Source: an uncultured Rikenellaceae bacterium (GTDB lineage: Bacteria > Bacteroidota > Bacteroidia > Bacteroidales > VadinHA17). From it: a DNA stretch of 58,943 bases. Under the pieces are notes generated by a model. The model searched no databases, had not been told where the DNA came from, and saw nothing but the letters and a program-made list of their open reading frames with translations. The stretch lies in contig CAZTES010000002.1 of NCBI GenBank assembly GCA_964612275.1, forward strand, positions 1 to 58,943, in the 5' to 3' direction. The position numbers were made by a program, and so were the translations under genes. Positions 37,134 through 44,925 of this stretch are shown in pieces (position 1 is the stretch's first letter; the number at the start of each line of letters is the position of its first letter).

Positions 37134-37928
37134 TCACAAACTCCGGATATTCATGCCTCCGCTCACTTCAAAGATCATTCCGGTGGAATAGTCGAAGTTA
37201 CCTGAAACAATGGCTGCAACGGTTTTCGCGACATCATCCGGATGCCCCCACCGGTCCTGGGGGATTAAACCATCAGCGATCATGCTGTCGTACTTCTCCT
37301 TAACCGGAGCCGTCATATCGGTACGGATGATCCCGGGTCTTATTTCAAAAACACTGATACCCTTTTTTGCAAGTCGATCGGCAAAGAGTTGGCTGGTCAT
37401 ACTCAAACCGGCTTTGGAGATGGAATACTCTCCTCTGTTTACCGAAGACATCACGGCTGAAACGGAGGTGATGAACACAATCCGAGGGAAATAGGGGTCA
37501 ATCTTACCCTGCAATCCGATCATGGTATTGACCACGCGTTGTGTAAAAAAGAGTGGACCGCGAAGGTTTATGCCCATGACCCGGTCGTAACTCTCCGGTG
37601 TTGTCTCAAGCAGATCCATGCGTATCACCGGGGCAACTCCGGCGTTATTTACAAGCAGATCAATCCGGCCAAAATCCTTCATGATGTTTTCAATTACTTC
37701 CAGATGGTTATCAATATCAGCAATATCCAGCGTGTAGGATCTGAAATCCACTCCATGCTCTGCTATGGAGCGTTTAAGCTCGGCATGATTTTTTGCTGAT
37801 TCCGGAGCATGTATTGTCCGGGATATTCCTGCAATAGTATACCCTGCTTCTGCAAGACGTATCGCAGTTGCTTTTCCAATTCCCCGGCTTGCACCGGATA
37901 CAATGGCTACTGGCTGGTTGGTTCCCAT
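37134..37928 (-). CDS. Short-chain dehydrogenase/reductase (SDR)
   Basis: The track start 37937 is TTG; ATG 37928 gives MGTNQPVAIVSGASRGIGKATA (TGxxxGxG-type motif). The active-site region is YSISKAGL. Confidence 0.85.
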   Translation of the reverse strand: MGTNQPVAIVSGASRGIGKATAIRLAEAGYTIAGISRTIHAPESAKNHAELKRSIAEHGVDFRSYTLDIADIDNHLEVIENIMKDFGRIDLLVNNAGVAPVIRMDLLETTPESYDRVMGINLRGPLFFTQRVVNTMIGLQGKIDPYFPRIVFITSVSAVMSSVNRGEYSISKAGLSMTSQLFADRLAKKGISVFEIRPGIIRTDMTAPVKEKYDSMIADGLIPQDRWGHPDDVAKTVAAIVSGNFDYSTGMIFEVSGGMNIRSL

Positions 37929-37933
37929 GGGTT

Positions 37934-39268
37934 TCAATGTTTAATTTTCTTGTATATCGGTTTATATACCTCCTTATCGCGGACCGGACAACCGGTAACA
38001 AGCATATTCCGCATCAGTTCAGTACATTTTGAACAGGAGCTACAGGTTTTTTTCTTTTTGATTTTCCCATATTGCATAAGCTCTTTCGGCGCATCGGGAT
38101 AGGCAAATGAGTTCCGCCCCAATCCAATGAACGTGGCTTTTTTCTGCTGAAGCACAGCTGCAGCCACCTCGGGAAAAAAATGCCTCAACCAGGAGTATCC
38201 GGTGCCGACAAGCCTGGCGTCATGAACCGCCTGTTGTACTCTCCCCACACCATCAATCAACCGGGCAACACCTTCCAGCGGATGTTCATCGGGCAGGTCC
38301 ATTCCCGGTATGGGTTTGTTATAGGGGCGATTGAGGTGGGCATTGATAAAGGGAATTCCCATGGTTCCGTTTATCAGGCAACAACCCGATTGCACCAGCT
38401 GCCGTACCAGTTTTACCGGTTCATCCAGATCCATATCCATCGATCCATCCTGCCCGACTCCGAATCCGTAAGGATGGGGAACTCCATCATACAGGCTGAT
38501 CCGGCTGGAGATATCCAGACTGCTGGTTCCAGTTTGTATCCCACGGATCACCTCCCGGATGAAACGGGTCCTGTTCTCAAAGGATGGTCCGCCATACCGG
38601 CTATTCTCTTTTGTAAATGAGGATAAAAATTCATGCAGCAGGTATCCGTGGCTTGCTTTGATATCTACGCTATCGAAGCCAGCCTTTTCAGCCAGGGTTC
38701 CTGCTTCAATGAATGCCTCCTGAATGGGTTTAAGCTGCTCATCCGTAAGTTCCCTGATCTCTTGTCTGTCCCTGTCTAAATGAGGGTTATAACAAAAAAC
38801 CATGGGTGCAGGCTTACCCTGCGGTTTACTGAACCGTCCGGAGTGGGTGAGTTGGAGCACAATGTACAGGTTGTGTGATCCGCCAAATACCTTATGTGCT
38901 GTTGACCGCATACTCTCAATTAAACGCTGGAATCGTGGCAGGCTCTTTCTGTTGATTGCCAGTTGTCCCGGATTCGACCTGCCCTCTTTCACGACGGCCG
39001 TGGCCTCAAACCAGATCATTCCACTTCCGCCTTCTGCATACCGGTGATACCGCCTGACCGTGAGCTCACCGGGAGAACCATCCGGAATGGCGTCAAATCC
39101 CTCCATAGGGTGTACCACCAGCCTGTTTTGAATCTCTTTTTCACCCAGACAAACCGGTTGAAACAGGGGATCCAGAGTCTCCTGCCAGGGAAGGTTGATC
39201 CCCATTTCCTCCGCCTTCTTCAGCAACTCTTCAGCCGTTTTATACCGGAAAGTTTCGTGTTTTGACAT
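37934..39268 (-). CDS. NADH:flavin oxidoreductase, Old Yellow Enzyme-like TIM barrel with C-terminal Cys-rich tail
   Basis: 444 aa. OYE-like segments VHPMEG, LQLTHSGR and HGYLLHEFLS. The C-terminal tail reads CSSCSKCTELMRNMLVTGCP. Confidence 0.7.
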   Translation of the reverse strand: MSKHETFRYKTAEELLKKAEEMGINLPWQETLDPLFQPVCLGEKEIQNRLVVHPMEGFDAIPDGSPGELTVRRYHRYAEGGSGMIWFEATAVVKEGRSNPGQLAINRKSLPRFQRLIESMRSTAHKVFGGSHNLYIVLQLTHSGRFSKPQGKPAPMVFCYNPHLDRDRQEIRELTDEQLKPIQEAFIEAGTLAEKAGFDSVDIKASHGYLLHEFLSSFTKENSRYGGPSFENRTRFIREVIRGIQTGTSSLDISSRISLYDGVPHPYGFGVGQDGSMDMDLDEPVKLVRQLVQSGCCLINGTMGIPFINAHLNRPYNKPIPGMDLPDEHPLEGVARLIDGVGRVQQAVHDARLVGTGYSWLRHFFPEVAAAVLQQKKATFIGLGRNSFAYPDAPKELMQYGKIKKKKTCSSCSKCTELMRNMLVTGCPVRDKEVYKPIYKKIKH

Positions 39269-39302
39269 CTTATTTTTTCGTTGTTCTACCAGGATTTCAT
39301 CA

Positions 39303-39526
39303 GGTCACACCTACGGAGCTCATGTTGTATAGTAATCCATATGCTAAAGACAGTTCGCTCCGCTGGAGCTAAAAAATTAATCCGGTTAGATTTACAGCTA
39401 TTCAATGCTTAATCTCAATTTGAAAATTCAGATTGCTCACTTATGCTTTTTTTTGCCCCGTCAGGGGCATTCTGTTTTTAGGCACCAAGATTGAAATATG
39501 ATCAGAGCTCCGTAGGAGCGGCCTGT
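39303..39526. repeat. MITE-like unit, left copy (5' terminus degenerate)
   Basis: Shares long blocks with 40023-40248: tcgctccgctggagct, aatccggttagatttacag, aatttgaaaattcagattgctcacttatgcttttttt, gccccgtcaggggcattctgt and agctcc.taggagcggcctgt. Internal triloop hairpins are gctcc gct ggagc (39357-39369) and gcccc gtca ggggc (39455-39468). Confidence 0.85.
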
Positions 39527-39531
39527 TTTTT

Positions 39532-39987
39532 TCACAAATCGAACAGATACCTCTCATCGTAATCCACATTAAATCTTTTCAATAATTTTAAATATTCTTC
39601 CTTGAATGAAGATCTAATATGATGTTTTTCCTGCTCTTGTATATATTTTATTACACTCGATTTTTGTGATTGGGAATAAGAAAAAACCCCGTATCCTTCC
39701 TGCCAGTTGAATTGGCCTTTAACCCATTTTTGTTTATTAATGAAACCCGATGAGTTGGCTTTTATATCTCTTACAAGATCGGGGAGTGGCATACTTGGTT
39801 TATAGTCAACTAATATGTGTATATGATCTGGCATGCAATTTATGGCCAACAATTTCTGTTTTCTTTTAGATATAATACCCGTGATATATTTATGCAGATC
39901 CTCTTTATGCATCTTTGAAATCAAATATTCCCTCCTAAGTACAGAAAAAACAATATGAAGATAAATTTTTGAATAGGTGTTAGCCAT
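39532..39987 (-). CDS. REP-associated tyrosine transposase-like protein (IS200-like Y1 HUH transposase, PF01797-type)
   Basis: ATG 39987 gives MANTYSKIYLHIVF. HUH motif in PDHIHILV; catalytic-Tyr region WQEGYGVFSY. About 150 aa and visibly AT-richer than the neighbours (by eye). Confidence 0.8.
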   Translation of the reverse strand: MANTYSKIYLHIVFSVLRREYLISKMHKEDLHKYITGIISKRKQKLLAINCMPDHIHILVDYKPSMPLPDLVRDIKANSSGFINKQKWVKGQFNWQEGYGVFSYSQSQKSSVIKYIQEQEKHHIRSSFKEEYLKLLKRFNVDYDERYLFDL

Positions 39988-40022
39988 GATTAGCACTTAA
40001 TTATTATGTTTAAATTCTTTTC

Positions 40023-40248
40023 ACAGGCCGCTCCTACGGAGCTTATTTTCTTTTCCAACTACTTTTCTAAAGACTGGTCGCTCCGCTGGAGCTGAAAACC
40101 CAATCCGGTTAGATTTACAGATGTTCAATGCTTTATCTTAATTTGAAAATTCAGATTGCTCACTTATGCTTTTTTTGCCCCGTCAGGGGCATTCTGTCTT
40201 TAGATACATGATCCATCCTAAAGATGGAGCTCCATAGGAGCGGCCTGT
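40023..40248. repeat. MITE-like unit, right copy with intact 20-nt terminal inverted repeats
   Basis: The 5' end is acaggccgctcctacggagc (40023-40042). The 3' end is gctccataggagcggcctgt (40229-40248), its reverse complement with 1 mismatch. Each terminus contains a gctcc-NNN-ggagc hairpin. Confidence 0.85.
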
Positions 40249-40258
40249 TACTCTAAAT

Positions 40259-41236
40259 TCACGCAATGATTTCCCTTACATTACCAATATCATTCTTCAC
40301 CCTTTCCTCGCATACATCCGGCCAGTCATCACGGGAGAGAGGAGATATTTCTCCATCCACGATCTTCTGCTGTGAGAATTGTACCATTTCGATAAGATTA
40401 AGGAATTCTTCCTTCTCCAGATCCGGAAATTCAGCCAGGAAAACCGGATCATATACCGGCATGGTAAATTCACCCCCGTGATCTTCAATAGAGAGAGCAA
40501 CCTCATACGGAAGGGTACCCAGCAATTCAATGATCCGTTTCAGGTTCACAATCCCTTTGCCGGTTTCTACGGTAAATGTTTTTAGACCGCTGTCGGACAG
40601 AGTGATAGCGCCATCCTTAATGTGTGTTGATACCACCCATGGAAGGATCCGTTCGGTAGCCCTTACCGGATCTTCCAGCATAACCAGCAGGTTCATGGTA
40701 TCGAGACAAATTCCAAGATATTCTCCCGGCACAGCATCGCACATCTCAAATACTTTGAGCAGTTCAAAAGTGGTAAACTCAAAGTGTGTTTCCAGGGCTA
40801 GGATCACATTATGATCCATCAGCATCTGCTTCTGTGCTTTCAAGGTATCAGCCATCTCTTTCAGCAAGATTTCGGTTGGTGGGTTTGCCGGATTCCACCG
40901 CATCAATCCGCCGGAACATGACCGGATGATCCGTGTTCCGAGAATTTCTGCTTCACGGGCAGCATTTCGATTGATTTGAAACAGATCCTTTTTACTCCAC
41001 GAGTTCATGTCGCGGGGAATATGTTGCCCCCCTCCCCATTCGAGGTAGAGGTTGTGTTCTTTTCCAAAGGCTTTCAGCAGTTTCAGGTATTCATCATCGG
41101 GCTTACTGTTTCCTTCCGGTAAGCCGGAGAATGAAACTCCATCTGCCTTGTTTTTCACCGCCCATTCCAGCACCTTCAGTGGTTCCAGTTTTAATGGGAA
41201 GAGGCTGTAATTGTCAATTCCAACTTTGATAATCAT
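40259..41236 (-). CDS. Xylose-isomerase-like TIM-barrel protein (sugar phosphate isomerase/epimerase, AP_endonuc_2 family)
   Basis: 325 aa, cytoplasmic. Pattern GVSFSG...LEWGGG...IRSCSGG...LALETHFE...ICLDTMN...HIKD is typical of this metal-dependent TIM-barrel family. Confidence 0.7.
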   Translation of the reverse strand: MIIKVGIDNYSLFPLKLEPLKVLEWAVKNKADGVSFSGLPEGNSKPDDEYLKLLKAFGKEHNLYLEWGGGQHIPRDMNSWSKKDLFQINRNAAREAEILGTRIIRSCSGGLMRWNPANPPTEILLKEMADTLKAQKQMLMDHNVILALETHFEFTTFELLKVFEMCDAVPGEYLGICLDTMNLLVMLEDPVRATERILPWVVSTHIKDGAITLSDSGLKTFTVETGKGIVNLKRIIELLGTLPYEVALSIEDHGGEFTMPVYDPVFLAEFPDLEKEEFLNLIEMVQFSQQKIVDGEISPLSRDDWPDVCEERVKNDIGNVREIIA

Positions 41237-41284
41237 TTTAATAAAGCATTTAGTAAGCAGGAAATCAAAACCGTCAAACCGTTA

Positions 41285-43633
41285 TTAACAGTCAGACGGT
41301 TCAAATGGTTCCCCTGCTTTTCTTTCCATGTATTGATGGTCGATGAATGGCTCATCATTCATGTGTTTTTCCATTAGTGATATTCTCTTTTTCAGCAGTT
41401 CCTTCAGGTTTTTCCCATAGATCAACGGTGTTTCTTCCTGGTCCGTCATGGCCATAAATTCAACCCCGGAATCAAGCAGTTCGCAAAGAACTTTTGAATT
41501 GTCGATCTCAAGCCGGATCATATCCTGCATGTTTTTTCGTTCTGAAGATTTTGATTTTTCACTCTTTGCGTTCATATACCCATAGACTGCCGTGATCCAT
41601 GCAGCGATGTTTCGTTGTGTTGTCATCCAGCATTTCAGGGCTTTGATCCGTATCCACTGGTCATACAAAACATCACTCTCCCCCGAACCGGATATTGTCT
41701 TCTTCAGTGCATCTTCAAGAACATGAATAGCTTTTTCCATTGGCTCCCAGACATGGTCATCGATCCGATCCACATCCTGTTGACTCTTTACAGGGTCTGT
41801 CAGGCGAAACAGGACATCCCTGCTGAGATCCACATTGTTCGGATTATGAGGGGTTGTACACATAAAATTTTCATAATAATTTCTCTGATCCTGTGGAATC
41901 TTTTCAATGTCGGGGACCAGAGGACGTGCCCACAACCTATACCAGGTAAAACCATAGGTTGAATAGAGGGGTGTGACAATTGGGAATGCCAGGATTGCCT
42001 CTTCGGTATATTTCCATGCTTTCAGCATTGCGTCAGCATTTCCACCATCTGTCCATTTCACTGCTGTCTTCTCCAGGAAGGCAACAACATCCATGTCCGG
42101 ATCATACTGAAAAGACTGGATTACCTCCTGGTTGATATCATAATGCACCAATTCGGGGGGTGCTATTCCCCCGGTACAGGCTAGAAATTCAATTCTGTTC
42201 TCATGCAATGTTTTCAATCGCTGGCAGGTAAGGGTTGGATAGGGGATACCGATGAGGGGGTCGAACAGGGAATGGGGTCCGGCAGAAAAATAGAAATGGG
42301 CAGCGCTTTCCCTTTTCGCAAGATCCTCTGACAATTCGTTTTCCCGCTGGTCAAAATCCATCTGGTAGATCGTACCTGCATTGATCTGGTTTGAATCCCT
42401 GTATTTTGGGTGGTTGTAAGGCATTTCCCACCCCCTTGCCAGAAGGGAAGAAGTTTCAATTTCAAGTCCATCGGTTAGTCCGCTCCATACGGTTTCATGT
42501 TCTCCGTAAAATGATTCCATTCGGGTAATGACCCTGAAACCGCGATTGACCTTGCGGGCTTCATCCCTGAGCACCCGGAAGAAGCGCAATGCATTTTCCC
42601 CTGCCAGTCGTGAGATCTCTGCATCATCTTTCCATTCGCGGATAAGGTAAGCACCCCCGTTCCGGCCGACATACAACGATTTTGTATGTTCAAAACCAGC
42701 ACCACTATCGTTGGTCCAGATGGTGATGAACCCCAGTTCAGGAACTTCCTGCATCAGGTTCCTGATCAGTTCGGCATAGTGCTGCCGCACGAGCGGATGG
42801 GTTATGGTCATGTTGTATCGGGGCTTGAAGCTTCTGAAGGGGTGATCAACTCTTGCTCCCCTGAGCATAGGATATTCATTGAAAAACTGTTCGGGTACCG
42901 ATCTGGGTTCAAAACAGAGTAACCCGGGTACCAACCCATACTCCGCTGCCTGTTTTGCATTTTGCTTCAAAAAGGCAAGATTGGCTGAAAGGTAATCATC
43001 AGGATATAATCCTTTGTTCAACAGGCTGGAGACAAATTGATCCAGGGCAGGACAATAGGTATAGAACATGGGATAAGCTTCCCCCTTTGGTCCGGTTTCC
43101 AATCCCATGGGAAATGCCAGTCCATTGACTTCAATATGAGTATAGCCCAGCCGGGCAAGCTTAGCAATGTAACTCGTCCTGTTCAAATTGTATTGTATCC
43201 TCCCCTGCTGTGTCAGAAAATAATCGTATGAAATCCGCTGCCATGTAAACGATGGGATGATCCATTTTCCGCAGTTAATTGCATCAATACTCCATTCGCT
43301 CATCTGATGAATCAAATGATGAACAAAAGAATAAAGATACCGGGTATGAGAACTGATGCAGTATCCCGTCCCGTTTTTCCGGAGCAGAATATAGATGAAT
43401 ACTTCCTTCGGTTTCAGGGGTTTTTTGATCCCAAGCTCTTTCAGCTGGGACGAAGATGCCACAGCTACCACAAATGCCTTCTCATCCGTCAGCACTTTCT
43501 TAAACGGTTTTACCACCGTTTCTGAAGAGGAGATGAATGCGGTAAGAAGGTCAATGGATCGCTCCACCACCCGGGGAGAAGTTACGGGATAAAAAAGTGT
43601 TTTAATATTCGTTAACGCGTCGCTTACCCTCAT
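41285..43633 (-). CDS. Hypothetical 782-aa cytoplasmic protein, no family recognised (central region TIM-barrel-like)
   Basis: Long uninterrupted ORF with an ATG start, 11 nt downstream of the preceding gene. Protein-like composition, no signal peptide. Segments such as LGYTHIEVNGLAFPMG and FITIWTNDSGAGFEHT hint at a glycosidase-like or isomerase-like barrel, but I recognise no motif. Confidence 0.6.
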   Translation of the reverse strand: MRVSDALTNIKTLFYPVTSPRVVERSIDLLTAFISSSETVVKPFKKVLTDEKAFVVAVASSSQLKELGIKKPLKPKEVFIYILLRKNGTGYCISSHTRYLYSFVHHLIHQMSEWSIDAINCGKWIIPSFTWQRISYDYFLTQQGRIQYNLNRTSYIAKLARLGYTHIEVNGLAFPMGLETGPKGEAYPMFYTYCPALDQFVSSLLNKGLYPDDYLSANLAFLKQNAKQAAEYGLVPGLLCFEPRSVPEQFFNEYPMLRGARVDHPFRSFKPRYNMTITHPLVRQHYAELIRNLMQEVPELGFITIWTNDSGAGFEHTKSLYVGRNGGAYLIREWKDDAEISRLAGENALRFFRVLRDEARKVNRGFRVITRMESFYGEHETVWSGLTDGLEIETSSLLARGWEMPYNHPKYRDSNQINAGTIYQMDFDQRENELSEDLAKRESAAHFYFSAGPHSLFDPLIGIPYPTLTCQRLKTLHENRIEFLACTGGIAPPELVHYDINQEVIQSFQYDPDMDVVAFLEKTAVKWTDGGNADAMLKAWKYTEEAILAFPIVTPLYSTYGFTWYRLWARPLVPDIEKIPQDQRNYYENFMCTTPHNPNNVDLSRDVLFRLTDPVKSQQDVDRIDDHVWEPMEKAIHVLEDALKKTISGSGESDVLYDQWIRIKALKCWMTTQRNIAAWITAVYGYMNAKSEKSKSSERKNMQDMIRLEIDNSKVLCELLDSGVEFMAMTDQEETPLIYGKNLKELLKKRISLMEKHMNDEPFIDHQYMERKAGEPFEPSDC

Positions 43634-43644
43634 ACATTTATATT

Positions 43645-44925
43645 TTAAACAGTAACAAATTTCTCAATCTCCGACAGGATCTTTTCCACATCGGATTCAT
43701 CATTATAGAGATGGAAGGAAACCCTTACCCCGCCCAGGTTTGCTTCATTCACCACCCGCACACGGATTCTCTTCCCGGACAGATAGGATGCTATTTCGGT
43801 GTTATCATGTCCTTTACTTTTGAAGGTGATCATGGAAGAGCGGTATTTCTCTTCTTCGGGGGAGAGGATTGTTATTGCTGAAAGATCTTTTAACCCATGA
43901 TAGAAGGCCTCGGCCATTTTCCTGTTTCGATCGATCATTCGTTTAAGTCCGATGGTCAGGATAAACTCAGCTCCTTCCTGAAGGCCATGAAAGAGTGCTT
44001 CATTCTGTGTTCCGTATTCAAACCGCTGGGCAGTAGGATGATATGTTAACATTCTGGATTCTGTATCATACCCGTCATCCGAATATGCCCCAACGGTTAC
44101 CGGTTGAATCGATTCCAGTTTATCGTTGTTTACAAACAGAATACCGGTACGTTTCGGACCCAGCATCCATTTATGTCCGCTAAAGGTATAACAGTCCACT
44201 CCGGAATTTTTCAGGTTAACCGGTATTTGTCCAACTGCCTGTGCCCCATCAACAGCAAAAAGGACTCCCTTCGATTTTGCCAGATCTGCAACCGCTCTGA
44301 TCGGAAAAACCTGTCCTGTGGTACAGGTGACATGGCTGATGAAAATAAGGCGTGTTTTGCGGGTGATCAGTTCACCGATCCGCTGAACATTTCCGTCGCC
44401 GTTTTCCATATCAGGCGGGAAGGTTCGTAACACGATTCCCCTGGTTTTTACCTGGTTAAGCAATGGGATGTGAAGGGCAGGATGTTCGTGGGTGGAGGTG
44501 ATCACCTCATCGCCGGGCTTAAGATGCAATCCGTTAATAACGATGTTTATCCCCTCGGTTGCTGTGCTGGTAAATGCCAACTCCTCTATAGCGCAATCAT
44601 CTCCAAGCAATTTACAACAGGTCTCTTTTGCCATGATCCACTTTTCATGATCATGTCCTGGCCTGGGATAAATTTCCGATTCATCCATTGATGTTTTTAC
44701 CCGGTTCAGAACAAGGAGGGGGACCGCACCGATACCACCGGTGTTCAGGTAGCTGTAATCTTCAGGAAAAAGAAACTGTTCTCTGACAAACTTCCAGAAG
44801 GATGCTTCATCGGTAATCTTTTTGGTCTTTTCACCCGGGCGCAAATAGTCAGCCAGGGCAGGTCTTGCCAGCAGTGTTCCTCCGGTGAGTGTCCCCAGGG
44901 TAGTAAGAAACTGATTTCTATTCAT
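43645..44925 (-). CDS. Class-V aminotransferase-fold PLP-dependent enzyme with N-terminal export (TAT-like) signal
   Basis: ATG 44925 gives MNRNQFLTTLGTLTGGTLLARPALA. PLP-lysine region FSGHKWMLGPKRTG; fold-type I pattern throughout. The start overlaps the upstream stop (ATGAATAG, 44918-44925). Confidence 0.75.
   Translation of the reverse strand: MNRNQFLTTLGTLTGGTLLARPALADYLRPGEKTKKITDEASFWKFVREQFLFPEDYSYLNTGGIGAVPLLVLNRVKTSMDESEIYPRPGHDHEKWIMAKETCCKLLGDDCAIEELAFTSTATEGINIVINGLHLKPGDEVITSTHEHPALHIPLLNQVKTRGIVLRTFPPDMENGDGNVQRIGELITRKTRLIFISHVTCTTGQVFPIRAVADLAKSKGVLFAVDGAQAVGQIPVNLKNSGVDCYTFSGHKWMLGPKRTGILFVNNDKLESIQPVTVGAYSDDGYDTESRMLTYHPTAQRFEYGTQNEALFHGLQEGAEFILTIGLKRMIDRNRKMAEAFYHGLKDLSAITILSPEEEKYRSSMITFKSKGHDNTEIASYLSGKRIRVRVVNEANLGGVRVSFHLYNDESDVEKILSEIEKFVTV

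Larger units (their letters stand above)
39303..40248. mobile_element. REPtron-like element: IS200/IS605-family Y1 (RAYT-type) transposase gene bracketed by two direct copies of a ~225-bp MITE-like unit
   Basis: See the component features. gagctccgtaggagcggcctgt (39505-39526) and acaggccgctcctacggagc (40023-40042) face each other across the gene. The whole 990-bp gap separates two otherwise tightly packed co-directional genes. Confidence 0.75.
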
